Source of the DNA: Mayamaea pseudoterrestris
Lineage: Eukaryota
Direction: 5' to 3'
Length of the DNA stretch: 64,000 nt
Assembly (NCBI GenBank): GCA_027923505.1
Contig: BROI01000002.1
Coordinates: 1,426,001-1,490,000, forward strand
The translations under genes were made by a program, and so were the position numbers. Shown here in pieces: positions 43,390 to 55,195 of this stretch. Positions within the stretch are counted from its first letter, which is position 1. Every line of letters begins with the position of its first letter. The notes below the pieces were generated by a model. That model had not been told where the DNA came from and searched no databases. It saw nothing but the letters and a program-made list of their open reading frames with translations.

Positions 43390-46300
43390 ATGGCGGGAGT
43401 TCCGCTGGCTTTTAGCGAAGCGCTGAATGTGAGTAGCAGTAGCAGACGCGTGCATGTATCTTTTTGGCGTAGCGATCGTACGGCTGCATGCGCCGACCTT
43501 TCTCAACGGTTGGCAAAAATATCGGCGTACTGCTTGAATTTTCGAATGGGAGTATCGCATTGTTTTATGTTAAAAATGATTTGCAATTTATATGTTTAAG
43601 TGTTGTTGGAGCAAGAGGAAATGGAAGCGACTCTAATTGGCCTCGGAGGGAGTCATTCGCTCCTTATTTGCCATGACTCGGAAGATGCGGTCGATGGCTA
43701 CAAGCGTCCATTAAACGATTACATTGCTTATTGCAAATGTATTGCTTTATTGAGATGGAGCTGTACTGCTGCATGAATTTAGTCTCGCGCCATTGCGATT
43801 CTGAGTGTTTCGATTCGAAAATTACTAACGCACGCGATTCCTTCAATTTCTCCTTTTTCATCACAGCTCCAAACTCTTGGAATTCCCGGAGACAGCATCA
43901 AGCATGGACTTACAACGATGGACTCGGATCGCTGGATCATTTCGGTCGAGCCGAACCAGTTGACCATGGTGGACTTGCTCAATGGCGCTCAACCGACGCG
44001 CAAGCCAATGCAGGCGGAAGCTGCCTTGATGCATCCGGTTCGCAACATTTTGGCTCTTCGATCCGGAAACATTGTTCAAGTCTTTGATATCGACGCCAAG
44101 GCCAAGCTCAAGTCTCATACAATGCCGGAACCAGTCGTCTTTTGGCGCTGGACGAGTCCGTCGAATCTTGCCTTGGTCACGGCCACGTCCGTGTACCACA
44201 TGCCGCTCGATGGACAAGCTGGCGCTGCCAAGGCGTTTGACCGTCATGCGACGCTTGGTCCAACCTCGCAGATTATCAACTACCGCGTTTCCCCCGACGG
44301 CAAGTGGGCCTTGCTTGGAGGAATCTCGGCTCGTCCAGGCGGCGGCGTGAATGGAAATATGCAGCTGCATACGTTTGAAAAGAATGTTTCGCAGCCACTG
44401 GAGGGTCATGCTGGAGCCTTTGCCGTGCTCCGTCTGCCTGGACGCGAGCCGGCGCAAGTCCTTTGCTTTCACGGAAAAAAGTCGGCGGGAGACGAGCCGC
44501 CGCAGCTGTTCATTCGCGAGGTTGGTCGCGATCCAAGCAAGGGACCAGCGTTTGGAGTGCAGCCGCAAGTGATTCCCATTGCACCAGATGCGCAAGATGA
44601 CTTTCCAGTCAGTTTGAACATTGATCAGAAGAATGAGATTGCCATTATGCTGACCAAGATGGGTTATGCATTCATGTTTGACCTTCACTCGGGCAAGACG
44701 TTTTTCCGCAACCGCGTTACGAATGAGACGGTCTTTGCAACTTGCACTCAAGAGTCAACTGGAGCAATCTTTGGAATTACTGTTCGCTCCGGCAAAGTTT
44801 TGCGTTTGCAGTTTAATGGCTCGGCCTTGGTGCCATATGTCATGTCGACTTTGCGCGACACTGATCTTGCGACCAAGATGGCGGGTCGACTCAACTTGCC
44901 TGGTGCCGAAGGACTCTTTGCCGCCGAGTTTGACCGCCTTTTGTCGCAAGGACAAGTGGAGGCGGCTGCCCGCGTCGTTGCTGCTTCGGGAGCGGCCTTG
45001 AGAACGCCTGCCACCATTGCGCGTTTCCAGCAGATTCCGGCACAGCCCAACCAGGTTCCGCCGCTCTTGCAGTACTTCTCCGTCTTGCTCGAGTCTGGTC
45101 GTTTGAACGAGCAAGAGTCGGTGGAAGTGGCCAAGCCGGTCGTACAACAGCAGCGTTTGCCGCTGATGGAGAAGTGGCTCAAGGAAGACAAGTTGGCGGC
45201 GTCGGAGGCGCTCGGTGACTTGATCATGCCGCATGATACCGGCATGGCCCTCTCGGTTTACTTGCGCGCAGAATGCCACGCCAAGGCGATTCAGTGCTTT
45301 GTCCAGCGCGGAGAGTACGAGAAGATTGTTGCATATTCGACCAGCGTTGGCTACAAGATGGACTACGCACAGATGTTGAATCAGCTACTTTTCAGCAACC
45401 CGGGAGCCGCTCTTGAGTTGGCCAAGGGCCTTGTCAATGCGGAAGGTGGTCCATTGATTGATATTCAAGCTACGGCGGAAGCGTTCTTGTCAAGCAATCG
45501 TATTCAAGAAACGACGGCCTTTTTGCTCGAGGCGCTCAAGGATAACAAGTCGGAGCATGCCTACTTGCAGACTAAGCTACTTGAAATCAACTTGCTAGGC
45601 GGAGCTCCTCAAGTGGCAGACGCCATTATGCAGCAGGGCGTCTTTACGCATTATGATCGTCCTCACATTGGAAAACTCTGCGAAAAGGCGAACATGTGGC
45701 AGCGGGCCGCAGAGCACTACACGGAGATCAATGACATTAAGCGCGTCTTCAAGAATTGCCATCAGATGCAACCAGAGTTTGTCGTCGACTATTTCGGAAA
45801 GCTTAATCGCGAGCAGAGCATCTCGCTACTCAGAGAAATGATTTCGAAGGGCGCGCAGAACATGCAGCTTTGTGTTGAGGTGGCGAAGAAATACCACGAG
45901 GAGCTCGGCGCTGGTGAGCTCGTTCAAGTTTTTGAAAGCGCCCGCGCCACAGAAGGATTGTATTACTTTTTGGGCACGATTGTTAATGTTTCGGAAGACC
46001 CGTTTGTGCACTTCAAGTATATTCAGGCCTCCTGTCAGCTTGGTCAGTTCAAGGAAGCGGAACGAGTCTGTCGCGATTCCAACATTTACATTCCTGAGGA
46101 AGTGAAGGACTATTTGAAGAACGCCAAGCTTCCCGACCCACGTCCGCTCATTCATGTTTGCGATCGGCATGGCTTTGTCGAAGAGCTGACGGAGTACTTG
46201 TACTTGAACAGCCTGGTGCAGTACATTGAGGTTTATGTTACGAAGGTGTCTCCTGGCAAGACGCCGATGGTGGTTGGCAAATTGTTTGACCTTGGCGGCA

Positions 46301-48999
46301 ATGAAGACTACATCAAGCGGCTTTTAATGGCTGTCGGCACCGCATGCCCTGTCGACGAGATGGTTGAAGTTGCGGAATCTCGCAACCGTCTCCGACTCTT
46401 ACAAGGATGGCTTGAAGCGCGGGTAGCGACTGGAAGCACTGAACCTGGCACGCACAACGCACTTGGTAAGATCTATATCACGCTCAACAAGGATCCTAAG
46501 TCATTCTTGTTAAACAACATGTTTTACGACCCCAAGGTCATTGGTCCATTCTGTGAGTCGTTGGATCCCCAGCTTGCGTTTGTCGCATACAAGAAGGGCG
46601 CTGGCGAATGCGATGATCAGCTTATTAAAGTGTGCCATGATCACGGGCTCTATCGTGACCTTGCCAAATACCTCGTTGAGCGCCAAGATGCGGAACTCTG
46701 GGGTAAAGTGCTGAACAAGGAGGAAGGACAAGCTGAAGACGACCCGCAGCGTCGGCAGCTCATCGACCAAGTGGTTGAGTGGGCGCTTCCTGAAAGCACA
46801 AACGCGGATGAAGTTTCAAGTACTGTGAAGGCGTTCATGGCGGCGGACATACCTTCGGAGTTGATCAACTTGTTGGAGCGCATTGTGTTGCAAGGATCCG
46901 ACTTCTCCGACAACAAAAACTTGCAGAATTTGCTTATTCTCACTGCTATCCGAGCGGATGCCACACGCGTCGCTGGTTACGTCGACCAGCTCGACAACTT
47001 CGACGCCAAGGATATTGCTTTGATTTGTGTTTCCGAGCAGCACATGTTGTACGAAGAGGCTTACACGATTTACGTTAAGTTTTCGAAGCCTGAGCACTCA
47101 CCGGACAAAGACGATCAGGTTGAAATGCAGGTACTTGCAATGGGCGTGCTCGTCGAATGCATGAAGGACCTCGACCGTGGAAAGACGTATGCAGTCCAGT
47201 GCGAAGAGAAGCCTGTTTGGTCAAAGCTTGGTAAAGCGCAGCTTGAGGGCAAGTTCCCCGCAGATGCCATTGAAAGTTTCATTAACGCCGAGGACCCTAG
47301 CGAGTACGTCATGGTCTGCGCCGAGGCAAACGAAGCGGAAATTTGGACGGAGGTCATTCCGTACTTGAAGATGGCTCGAAAGACCATGCACGAGAACCTT
47401 GTCGACACTGAGCTCATCTATGCCTATGCCAAGACGAACAATCTTACTGAGCTCGAGCAGTTTATCACCGGGCCGAACGTTGCTAACATCCAAAGTATCG
47501 GCGACCGGTGCTTTTCAGAGGGCTTGTACAGGGCTGCGAAGCTTCTCTTTATCAGTATTAACAACAACTCGAAGTTGGCTCTCTGTCATATTCATTTGGA
47601 GGAGTACCGGGAGGCTGTCGACGCTGCGAAGAAGGCCAACAATGTGTCAACATGGAAGGCTGTTTGCTTTGCTTGTTTGCGAGCGTCAGAGTTTAGACTT
47701 GCTGCAATTTGTGGATTGGAAGTGATCAAGTATCCTGACCATTTGGACGAAGTTGTTACATACTACTCTGATCTTGGCTACTTTGAGCAACTTATCTCCT
47801 TGTTTGAGCAAGGTATCGGATTGGAGGATGCTCACATTGGAATCTTTACTGAACTCGGTATTCTCTACACGAAGCATGTACCCGACAAGGTTATGGATCA
47901 CTGCAAGGTCTTTTTCAGCAAGATCAACGTGTCGAAACTTGTGCGGGCATGTGAGCGCGCTCGTTTGTTCAAACCCGCGGTGTATCTCTACATGCAGGAC
48001 AAGCAGCACGATAATGCAGTCAAGACGATGATGGAACGCGCTCCCGCTTGGGAGAATGATCTGTTCCTTGACTCTGTTCCCAAGGTTCGAAACCAGGAGC
48101 TGGTGTACAAGGCAGTCGGGCATTACCTGACTATTCATCCAACACTCTTTACCCGTTTGATGGAAGTTCTCGAGGACGTTGCCGACCATTCTCGCGTCGT
48201 CAACCAGCTTCGTCGCGCAGGGGACTGGGCATTGCAAGTGGGACAGGCATACATGAAGTCGGTGCAAAAGTACAATGTCACGGCGGTGAACGAAGCTTTG
48301 AACGAGCTGTATGTCGAAGAGGATGACTACGAGGCGCTTCGCAAGTCAATTGACGGTTTCAACAGTTTCAACATGATTGCCCTCGCTCAAAAGCTAGGTG
48401 CGCACGAGTTGCTTGAGTTCCGGCGCATCTCTGCTTACCTTTACCGTCGCAACAAGAAGTACGATAAATCGATCGCACTTTCGAAGGGCGATCGCATGTG
48501 GAAAGATTGCATCGACACGGCGAATGAATCGGAAAGTGCTGAGATCGTTGAAGGTCTACTTCGATTCTTTTGTGAGACGTCAGAGAAGGAATGCTTTGGC
48601 GCTTGCTTGTACACTTGCTTCAGTCACATCTCGCCGGATGTTGCTTTGGAGCTGGGCTGGCTCAATGGTTATCACAACTTTGTTATGCCTTTCTTCATTC
48701 AGACCTTTAGACAGACGCATGTGCGTCTCAAGGAGCTGGAGGAACGTACTGCTCCACCGCCGGAAGCTGATGCGCAGAATGAGATTGCGGGCACTTATGG
48801 GAATTTGTCTGGCTATGGTAACCCTCTGATGCTTATGAATGAACCGAGTATGGGAATGATGCCTGGTATGGGTGGCATGCCTGGTATGCCGGGCATGGGT
48901 CCTGACATGAGCGGCTTTGGTGGTGCGCCTATGATGAATGGTGGCATGATGAATCCAATGTCGAACGGTGGTGGCATGGGTATGATGCCAGGTATGTGA
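43390..48999 (+). CDS. CLTC: Clathrin heavy chain; exon 43390-43428, intron 43429-43866, exon 43867-48999
   Basis: AEAALMHP, WRW, QIINY, DFPV, LRTPATI, KWLKEDKL, APQVADAI, DPRPLIHVCDR, NLQNLLILTAI and HELLEFRRI. Met/Gly-rich tail. Confidence 0.98.
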
Positions 49000-49355
49000 G
49001 TAAGTTAAAAGTCATTTAATTAAAGGGTCACGAAAAATTAGCGAGCGATAGTATTAAACATAAGAATAGTGACCATGAATCGATGGATCCTTTTACTGTG
49101 TATATGTAATATTTTCAACGCTAGTGTGGGTGAGGAGGATGGTGCGAAAAATTACAAGTACAGCAAGCCATATCCAATGAAGGCAAACTGTACAGCATTG
49201 AACTTCCACCTTTACTAAACGAACTACAGCGTATTCCTGGCAAGGATGGCAAGGTGTTGCTAAGGAATCTCGTCCCCCTTGACTGACTGTTAAGGCAAAT
49301 CGCCCGTGAAACTATGAGCCTGTCGCAGTGAGTAGTGGTAAGACTCAGCGTCAAT

Positions 49356-49393
49356 CACGTGACTCGAAAGCGCGCGCCGACGCACGTGACTCG
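49356..49393 (+). promoter_or_regulatory. Paired CACGTG (E-box/G-box) elements upstream of GCH1
   Basis: Exact 11-bp direct repeat cacgtgactcg at 49356 and 49383, about 150 bp upstream of the ATG. Confidence 0.45.
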
Positions 49394-49535
49394 GTCTCAT
49401 TCATCGAAGCAACCACTCGTTGTTCTGACAACACAACATCGCAGATTCTTCCCTCATCATTGTTGTCGTCATTCCTTCGAATCTCTTTCCTTGACCCGCA
49501 AGCATTTCTCAGATCTACCATAGAAACCATTGATC

Positions 49536-50483
49536 ATGTCACTACCATTCTCTACCGGAACAAAGAGTTCATCTACGTCATTAAACGAACCACCAGTCCC
49601 CAGCGACATTTCCGCCACGGTTTGTCGTCGACTTCAAGACAACCAAGTCTGCATTTGCGACACTTGCGAGGCGACTCGAACTCGCATGCTGCATCGAGCC
49701 AATAAGCGAATCCGACGAAACGACGACGAAGAAGACGATGCTAAACTGCAGGAGGCTGATGACACCATGACGGTTTCCAACGCGTCCGACACGGCACTAA
49801 CGTCGACAAGTACTTCATCGTCGGCTGTCATCCTGGCTTCATCGACGATTGCGACAAGTGCCGCAGCAGCAACGTCCGCAATAGAAGGCAATGTATCAAA
49901 CTACAATAACAAGGTTGCAACAATGCAAGCCGCCTGCCGCACCATTTTAGAATGTATAGGCGAAGACCCCGACCGCGAGGGCCTCGTCAAGACACCCGAA
50001 CGCTGGGCCAAGGCCTTGCTGTGGATGACGCATGGCTACCAAATGACGCCCGAGCAAGTCACCAATGACGCCGTCTTTTCGGAGAATCACGATGAAATGG
50101 TGGTTGTGCGAAACATTGACATTCACTCGCTCTGCGAGCATCACATGGTTCCGTTCACTGGCGTGGTTCACATTGGCTACATTCCCAATGGCAAAATCTT
50201 GGGCTTGAGCAAGTTGGCTCGCATTGCGGAACTATATGCGCGCCGCCTCCAAGTGCAGGAGCGATTGACAAGACAAATTGCTGATGCCATTGTGGAAACC
50301 GTCGAGCCACTGGGAGTGGCTGTTGTCATTGAATGCACACACTTTTGCATGGTAATGCGAGGCGTACAAAAGACGGGAGCAGTCACCACGACGAGCAGTG
50401 TAAGAGGGTGTTTCGAAAGCAATTCCAAGACGCGAGCTGAGTTTTTTAGTATTATTCATGGCAATGGCATGAAGATGTGTTAA
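49536..50483 (+). CDS. GCH1: GTP cyclohydrolase I
   Basis: [42 protein letters not shown] and H.CMVMRGV. Long low-complexity N-terminal extension. Confidence 0.97.
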   Translation: MSLPFSTGTKSSSTSLNEPPVPSDISATVCRRLQDNQVCICDTCEATRTRMLHRANKRIRRNDDEEDDAKLQEADDTMTVSNASDTALTSTSTSSSAVILASSTIATSAAAATSAIEGNVSNYNNKVATMQAACRTILECIGEDPDREGLVKTPERWAKALLWMTHGYQMTPEQVTNDAVFSENHDEMVVVRNIDIHSLCEHHMVPFTGVVHIGYIPNGKILGLSKLARIAELYARRLQVQERLTRQIADAIVETVEPLGVAVVIECTHFCMVMRGVQKTGAVTTTSSVRGCFESNSKTRAEFFSIIHGNGMKMC

Positions 50484-50590
50484 TGAACCGATCAGGCATT
50501 ACGCAAAGTATTAATTAGATTGACAAAAATAATGCAACAATTTTACTCTATAACAGTATCTACACTTCTTCTTGGTGTTACTTCTACCGG

Positions 50591-53500
50591 TTAGTTCTCT
50601 TCAACTGGCGCTATCCGTACACCAGAACTACTCCGGCTGAGAGCTAATGAACGAGGACTGGACTTGTTTCGCGTTCGCTGCAAGAGCTCCGCTAACAACG
50701 CACTTGCCGTTGAGTCAGCACCTGCACTAGGGCCTTGAATGATCAAAGGGTAGCTCTTGTGTCGCTCAGTGAAAAAGCGAACGCAGGTGCAGCTTGGAGG
50801 AGTAACGGCAAAAATGTGATTTGACGGTACCTCAACAATCTTGATCGCAATATGCTTATCTTTCACATCGACGCTAGATATCTGTCGAAGAACACATCCC
50901 CGTGATCGAGCTGCATCGACTCGTTCAAAAGACACCCGATCAATATCAGCAGGCACACCTTTATTTACAAAGTCGTTTCCTGACAAACCTGATCCTTCGA
51001 CGTCAAAGATCATGTCACTCTCCTGCTGAATCGCCTTGGTTTCGTTATCGTCGTCCATTCCAAGTTCTCGCGCCAGCACCATGAGCACGCGCGAACAATA
51101 TTCATTATTGAGATCGGTTGTTGGGTCCTCTTCTGTAAGGCCAAGAGCAATGGCTTCCTTGATTGCCTGGCTTAGGCTGCAACTTACGTCAAAATTTGTT
51201 GCGGTCGGCATGGATATATCACCGGTGAACGCTCCGTTGCTAAAGAATTGTTCAAATTCGCTACACTGAGATACGTTCGGTGGAGGCGAAATCCGATACA
51301 AAACATATGACAGCATGATAGAGAAGATTCCGTCGATGCGCAAAACTTTATCACCACTATTGAGAAGGCTTCGAAGTGTGCTCAAGACGGGAAGCCCTCC
51401 AGCAACTGTTACATTTTGGAGATACTTGGCCGACTGCTTTCCAAGTGCCTTCTCGGCTGCTTTAAGCGCGATTCGTTGCTCCTTAGTGCCCGATAAGGCA
51501 GTATTATTTGCAGTGACAACGTCAATTCCGGCTTCTAGCCACTGTGCATGATATTGACCAGCTACTTCATCGTTCGTGCAATCGAAAATGATGTGAGATG
51601 GATATTCCGATTTGTAAAGCGTAGCTAGTAGCGAGTCAATCCCACCAGGTTTCAAAATAGTTGTATCCTTCTCGTCCAAAAACGCGGTTCGAGTCGAGTC
51701 AGCTACAATTCCGCTTGACAATCGACCGTGTGTTCCAATGGTAACACTGTCTGATCGAAAGTCAGTGTCGTGCTTCAACGCGATAATGCTGTCACTCCTC
51801 GAAGAATCAAGTACGGCTACTACTTGAACATCAATGTCGAAAGTCGACCGAATCTTGTTCCTTTGAGCTTCTAGCAGCTTGAGAAACGATGCACCCAACT
51901 CTCCCATACCAACAATACCGACACGCACCACCGTATGCGAAAGGTTAAACGCAGCATGAACCGCACGCAGCGCCCTCGTTGAGTCAATGCCCAGCACAAC
52001 AGCCGAAATGTTCCTCTCGGACGATCCCTGCGCAATAGCAAGAACATTAATCTTGGCATCTCCTAGAGCTGAAAAGAAGCGTCCAGACACGCCAGTGGTA
52101 GATGACATTCCGTCACCCACAGCAGCAATGATGGAGCAAGGCGATCGCACATCGACACTCGAAATACGCTTTTCGCGAAGCTCGCGAGCAAATTCCTCCT
52201 CAATCGAGTCTTTCGCTAGTGCAGCTTGACTAGCCAGAGTTGCAAATGAAATAGTATGCTCCGACGATGCCTGTGAAATAAGCACCACGTTAATCTTGAC
52301 CTTTTCCAGCGTTGCAAAGATGCGTCGCGAAACACCAAGCGCTCCCTGCATTCCAGAACCTTCAACGTTGATGAGCGCCATTTGTTCAACACTTGAAAAC
52401 CCACAAACGACCAAGTCCTTATCCTTGGACGTTGTCGACGTTGTATAGATGCGCGTTCCAGGAAAGTTTGCGTTGAACGTGTTGCGAATGTAAATTGGAA
52501 TGGGCGGGGACGACGAAATGGCCGGTTCCATTGTCTTTGGATGAATCACCTTGGCACCAAAGTACGCCAGTTCCATGGCTTCGTTATAGGATACTTCCGG
52601 CAATACTTGGGCGGATGGTACGCGACGAGGATCAGCCGACAAGACTCCATCCACATCCGTCCAAATGGAAATACTTTGCGCACCCAGCAGGCGACCCATG
52701 ATTGCTGCCGAGTAGTCGGATCCATCTCGCTGCAGCGTCGTGGCAACCCCGTTTGTGTTGGAAGCCACGTAGCCGGTGATGATCAAGTGCAAGCAAAAGT
52801 TCTTGGCGTCTTTTCGCAACAAAAGCAACTTGTCCATTTCCTCCACGTAGACGCGGTGCATGCGTTCCTGCGAAATGGTCCAGGCAATGGCGCCATTTTG
52901 AATCGCATCCTCGTCAACGATAATGATTCGTCGAGCGTCAATGTAGACAAATTCATTTACTGGAGTATTATCGGCTTGCATTTCGTCGCCATTTGTTGTT
53001 GCATCAATACGTTTGCTGCAACGCGCCCACTGCTGTTGCCTCATGACACTGGTCAATATTTGCGCGCTCCACAGCTCCCCGTAGCCCGAAACGAGTTCGG
53101 AAATGCGCTGGGCGTGCCACTTCATGAGCGACACTGTCTTTAATATGTCTCTGACGTCATCCAAATCCCTGTATACAATTTGCTGCAGTCGCTCCTGCTC
53201 CTGCGGTGCATTGTGACTAAACAGCTGCTGCAGACAAGCGTCATGCTTGTTGACAATGAGCTGCAAGTACTCTTCGACGCCACGCAAGTCTCGGTTCGCG
53301 GCTGCCTCGACGCTGCGCAGCAGTAAATCCGTCGTCTTGAGCGTTCCTCCCATGGCGCTCACCACCACGGCCAAGTGTATAATGTTGTGAACGTCACTTG
53401 CAGTAGTATGCTGCTGCTGATGCAACTTGATGCGATCGTTTCCAATCTCCAGTTGCTCCTTCAAAATGTTGGATACTTTCTGGTAGCAGTCGGCGTCGGC

Positions 53501-53617
53501 GACGGAGGTGCCGCCGAACTTGTGCACCTCCCAAACATGATTGCCGAAACCGCACGGACGATTGTACAAGTCGTCATCGTCGAGCTGCTCGGAGAAGCGG
53601 CGGCGGTTTGTCGTCAT
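50591..53617 (-). CDS. Aspartate kinase-homoserine dehydrogenase fusion (ThrA/MetL type) with a divergent HSDH domain
   Basis: VHKFGGTSV, VVSAMG, GELWSA, TTL.RDGSDYSA, WTDVDGVLSADPR and AMELAYFGAKVIHP, then two ACT domains and an HSDH-like region (IVGMG, FDCT, GGLP, QGP.AG...TA). Confidence 0.92.
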   Translation of the reverse strand: MTTNRRRFSEQLDDDDLYNRPCGFGNHVWEVHKFGGTSVADADCYQKVSNILKEQLEIGNDRIKLHQQQHTTASDVHNIIHLAVVVSAMGGTLKTTDLLLRSVEAAANRDLRGVEEYLQLIVNKHDACLQQLFSHNAPQEQERLQQIVYRDLDDVRDILKTVSLMKWHAQRISELVSGYGELWSAQILTSVMRQQQWARCSKRIDATTNGDEMQADNTPVNEFVYIDARRIIIVDEDAIQNGAIAWTISQERMHRVYVEEMDKLLLLRKDAKNFCLHLIITGYVASNTNGVATTLQRDGSDYSAAIMGRLLGAQSISIWTDVDGVLSADPRRVPSAQVLPEVSYNEAMELAYFGAKVIHPKTMEPAISSSPPIPIYIRNTFNANFPGTRIYTTSTTSKDKDLVVCGFSSVEQMALINVEGSGMQGALGVSRRIFATLEKVKINVVLISQASSEHTISFATLASQAALAKDSIEEEFARELREKRISSVDVRSPCSIIAAVGDGMSSTTGVSGRFFSALGDAKINVLAIAQGSSERNISAVVLGIDSTRALRAVHAAFNLSHTVVRVGIVGMGELGASFLKLLEAQRNKIRSTFDIDVQVVAVLDSSRSDSIIALKHDTDFRSDSVTIGTHGRLSSGIVADSTRTAFLDEKDTTILKPGGIDSLLATLYKSEYPSHIIFDCTNDEVAGQYHAQWLEAGIDVVTANNTALSGTKEQRIALKAAEKALGKQSAKYLQNVTVAGGLPVLSTLRSLLNSGDKVLRIDGIFSIMLSYVLYRISPPPNVSQCSEFEQFFSNGAFTGDISMPTATNFDVSCSLSQAIKEAIALGLTEEDPTTDLNNEYCSRVLMVLARELGMDDDNETKAIQQESDMIFDVEGSGLSGNDFVNKGVPADIDRVSFERVDAARSRGCVLRQISSVDVKDKHIAIKIVEVPSNHIFAVTPPSCTCVRFFTERHKSYPLIIQGPSAGADSTASALLAELLQRTRNKSSPRSLALSRSSSGVRIAPVEEN

Positions 53618-53987
53618 GAATGATAGTAAATGGCAAGTTAAATTTGTTTCAATGGAGATGTTGCTCTTGGAAGCGAGATAAATGACGGATGCTGCCGCCG
53701 AGCACTTTTCTTCCTGCTCGTTTTGTGATGGTTGATGGCCATGGTCGCTTGCGTGACAACGCTATGAAGCGTTCGAAAATTTTAAAGCAAACGCAAAAAA
53801 AAGTTGATCACGAACGCTGCTGAGCTAATAACAACGGTGCGACATTTTTTGTATATCGGATAATGAAAGCGACGCGCATCGTCCATCACCATGATGATGG
53901 TGCAAACGCCCAAGCATTCTATTGTCACTCTCTACCATACTTGTCCAGGCTGCTAACTTATATATATTATAGTCCAACAAAATCATT

Positions 53988-54650
53988 ATGATTTTCTCAA
54001 TTCCACTGCTTCTTGTTTTCGCTGCAACACTTCGTCTACTGCAGCTTTTGCGGAACATTTATAACGCACGGACTCGCCAACAATCTGCCTTTGCGGCAGC
54101 TCGTTGCATGAGAACGCTCGTCGTGCTAGGCTCGGGAGGTCACACGACGGAAATGCTGAGTTTGATCGATTCGCTCGAAGCTACCAAATACTCGCCCATG
54201 TTGTACTGCAAGGCATCGAGCGATACTACGTCGCTCCAGCGCCTACAACAATCCAAAACGTACATGAATCAAGTCAAGACAACCGCAAGCAGCATTTCCG
54301 TGTATGATGTTCCTCGCGCCCGCGAGGTTGGACAAAGCTACTTGACGAGCGTTTGGACGACGCTACATGCCCAGCTATGCGCCTTTCAACTGGTGCATCG
54401 CATTCAACCCCGCCTCATCATTTGCAACGGCCCCGGCACCTGCCTTCCAATCTGCCTTGCCGCCGTGACGCTTCGCTATCTTGGACTGCTGTCCGTCGAA
54501 ATAGTCTTTTGCGAGTCGCTCTGCCGCGTCGAGTCGCTCAGCATGACGGGTAAAGTGCTGTATCGCTTCGTTGACGTGTTTTTGGTCCACTGGCCCGAGC
54601 TGCAGCTCAAGTATGCAAAGAGTCGGCGCGTCAAAGTGTTTGTTCCGTAA
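53988..54650 (+). CDS. ALG14: UDP-N-acetylglucosamine transferase subunit ALG14
   Basis: LVVLGSGGHTTEML, PRAREVGQSY, CNGPGTCLP and ESLCRV.SLS.TGK...F.V.WPEL. Confidence 0.96.
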   Translation: MIFSIPLLLVFAATLRLLQLLRNIYNARTRQQSAFAAARCMRTLVVLGSGGHTTEMLSLIDSLEATKYSPMLYCKASSDTTSLQRLQQSKTYMNQVKTTASSISVYDVPRAREVGQSYLTSVWTTLHAQLCAFQLVHRIQPRLIICNGPGTCLPICLAAVTLRYLGLLSVEIVFCESLCRVESLSMTGKVLYRFVDVFLVHWPELQLKYAKSRRVKVFVP

Positions 54651-55195
54651 AAAGATATTGAGCAATCAATGACGCTAATTTGGCTGGACCTGCTTTTACT
54701 GATTGCAAGCGGGTGGTGTGCAGCTGATGAATGCCAATGCAACAGGCTCACCTATGCAGCTACGCCATGGTTCAATCAACTCGATCGCGGAACTTTGTCT
54801 TTGCAATACTTTTGCTCTCTCTGCAGCGCTTGCGGAACATTTTGCGGATCAACACCCCTTGTTCAATTGGCGATGAGCATCGCAGCGAGGGCTGGAAAAC
54901 CCTCACGTTAATGGCATGCCTGCTGTTTCAATGGAAGATCAGCGGGAGGAAGAAAATCGAAAGAGCAACATGCATGCAACATTGATTTTGCTATTGATCG
55001 ACAGTGTCAGCCAAGAACACTAATGCGGCGGCAGTGGTTTACGGTCAAGGAAGCAACCAACCCCAAAGCGGCGACAGATGCGCTGGCGGCGGAAGTTCTC
55101 GATCATTTGAAGGACTCACAAGTTTGCATCGGCACCATTGATGAAACGAAGGACGCTGCTGCTAGCGAAACCTTTAAGCAGCGACTGCTGCTGTT

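Noticed and set aside
43429..43866. Unusually long clathrin first intron as a snoRNA host
   Set aside because: Only a weak hairpin (gagtcat...atgactc) and no convincing C/D or H/ACA box arrangement.
43861..48829. Long antisense and alternate-frame ORFs over clathrin (also over MiaB, COPA and AK-HSDH)
   Set aside because: These are shadow ORFs arising from codon bias of the real genes; no recognisable domains.
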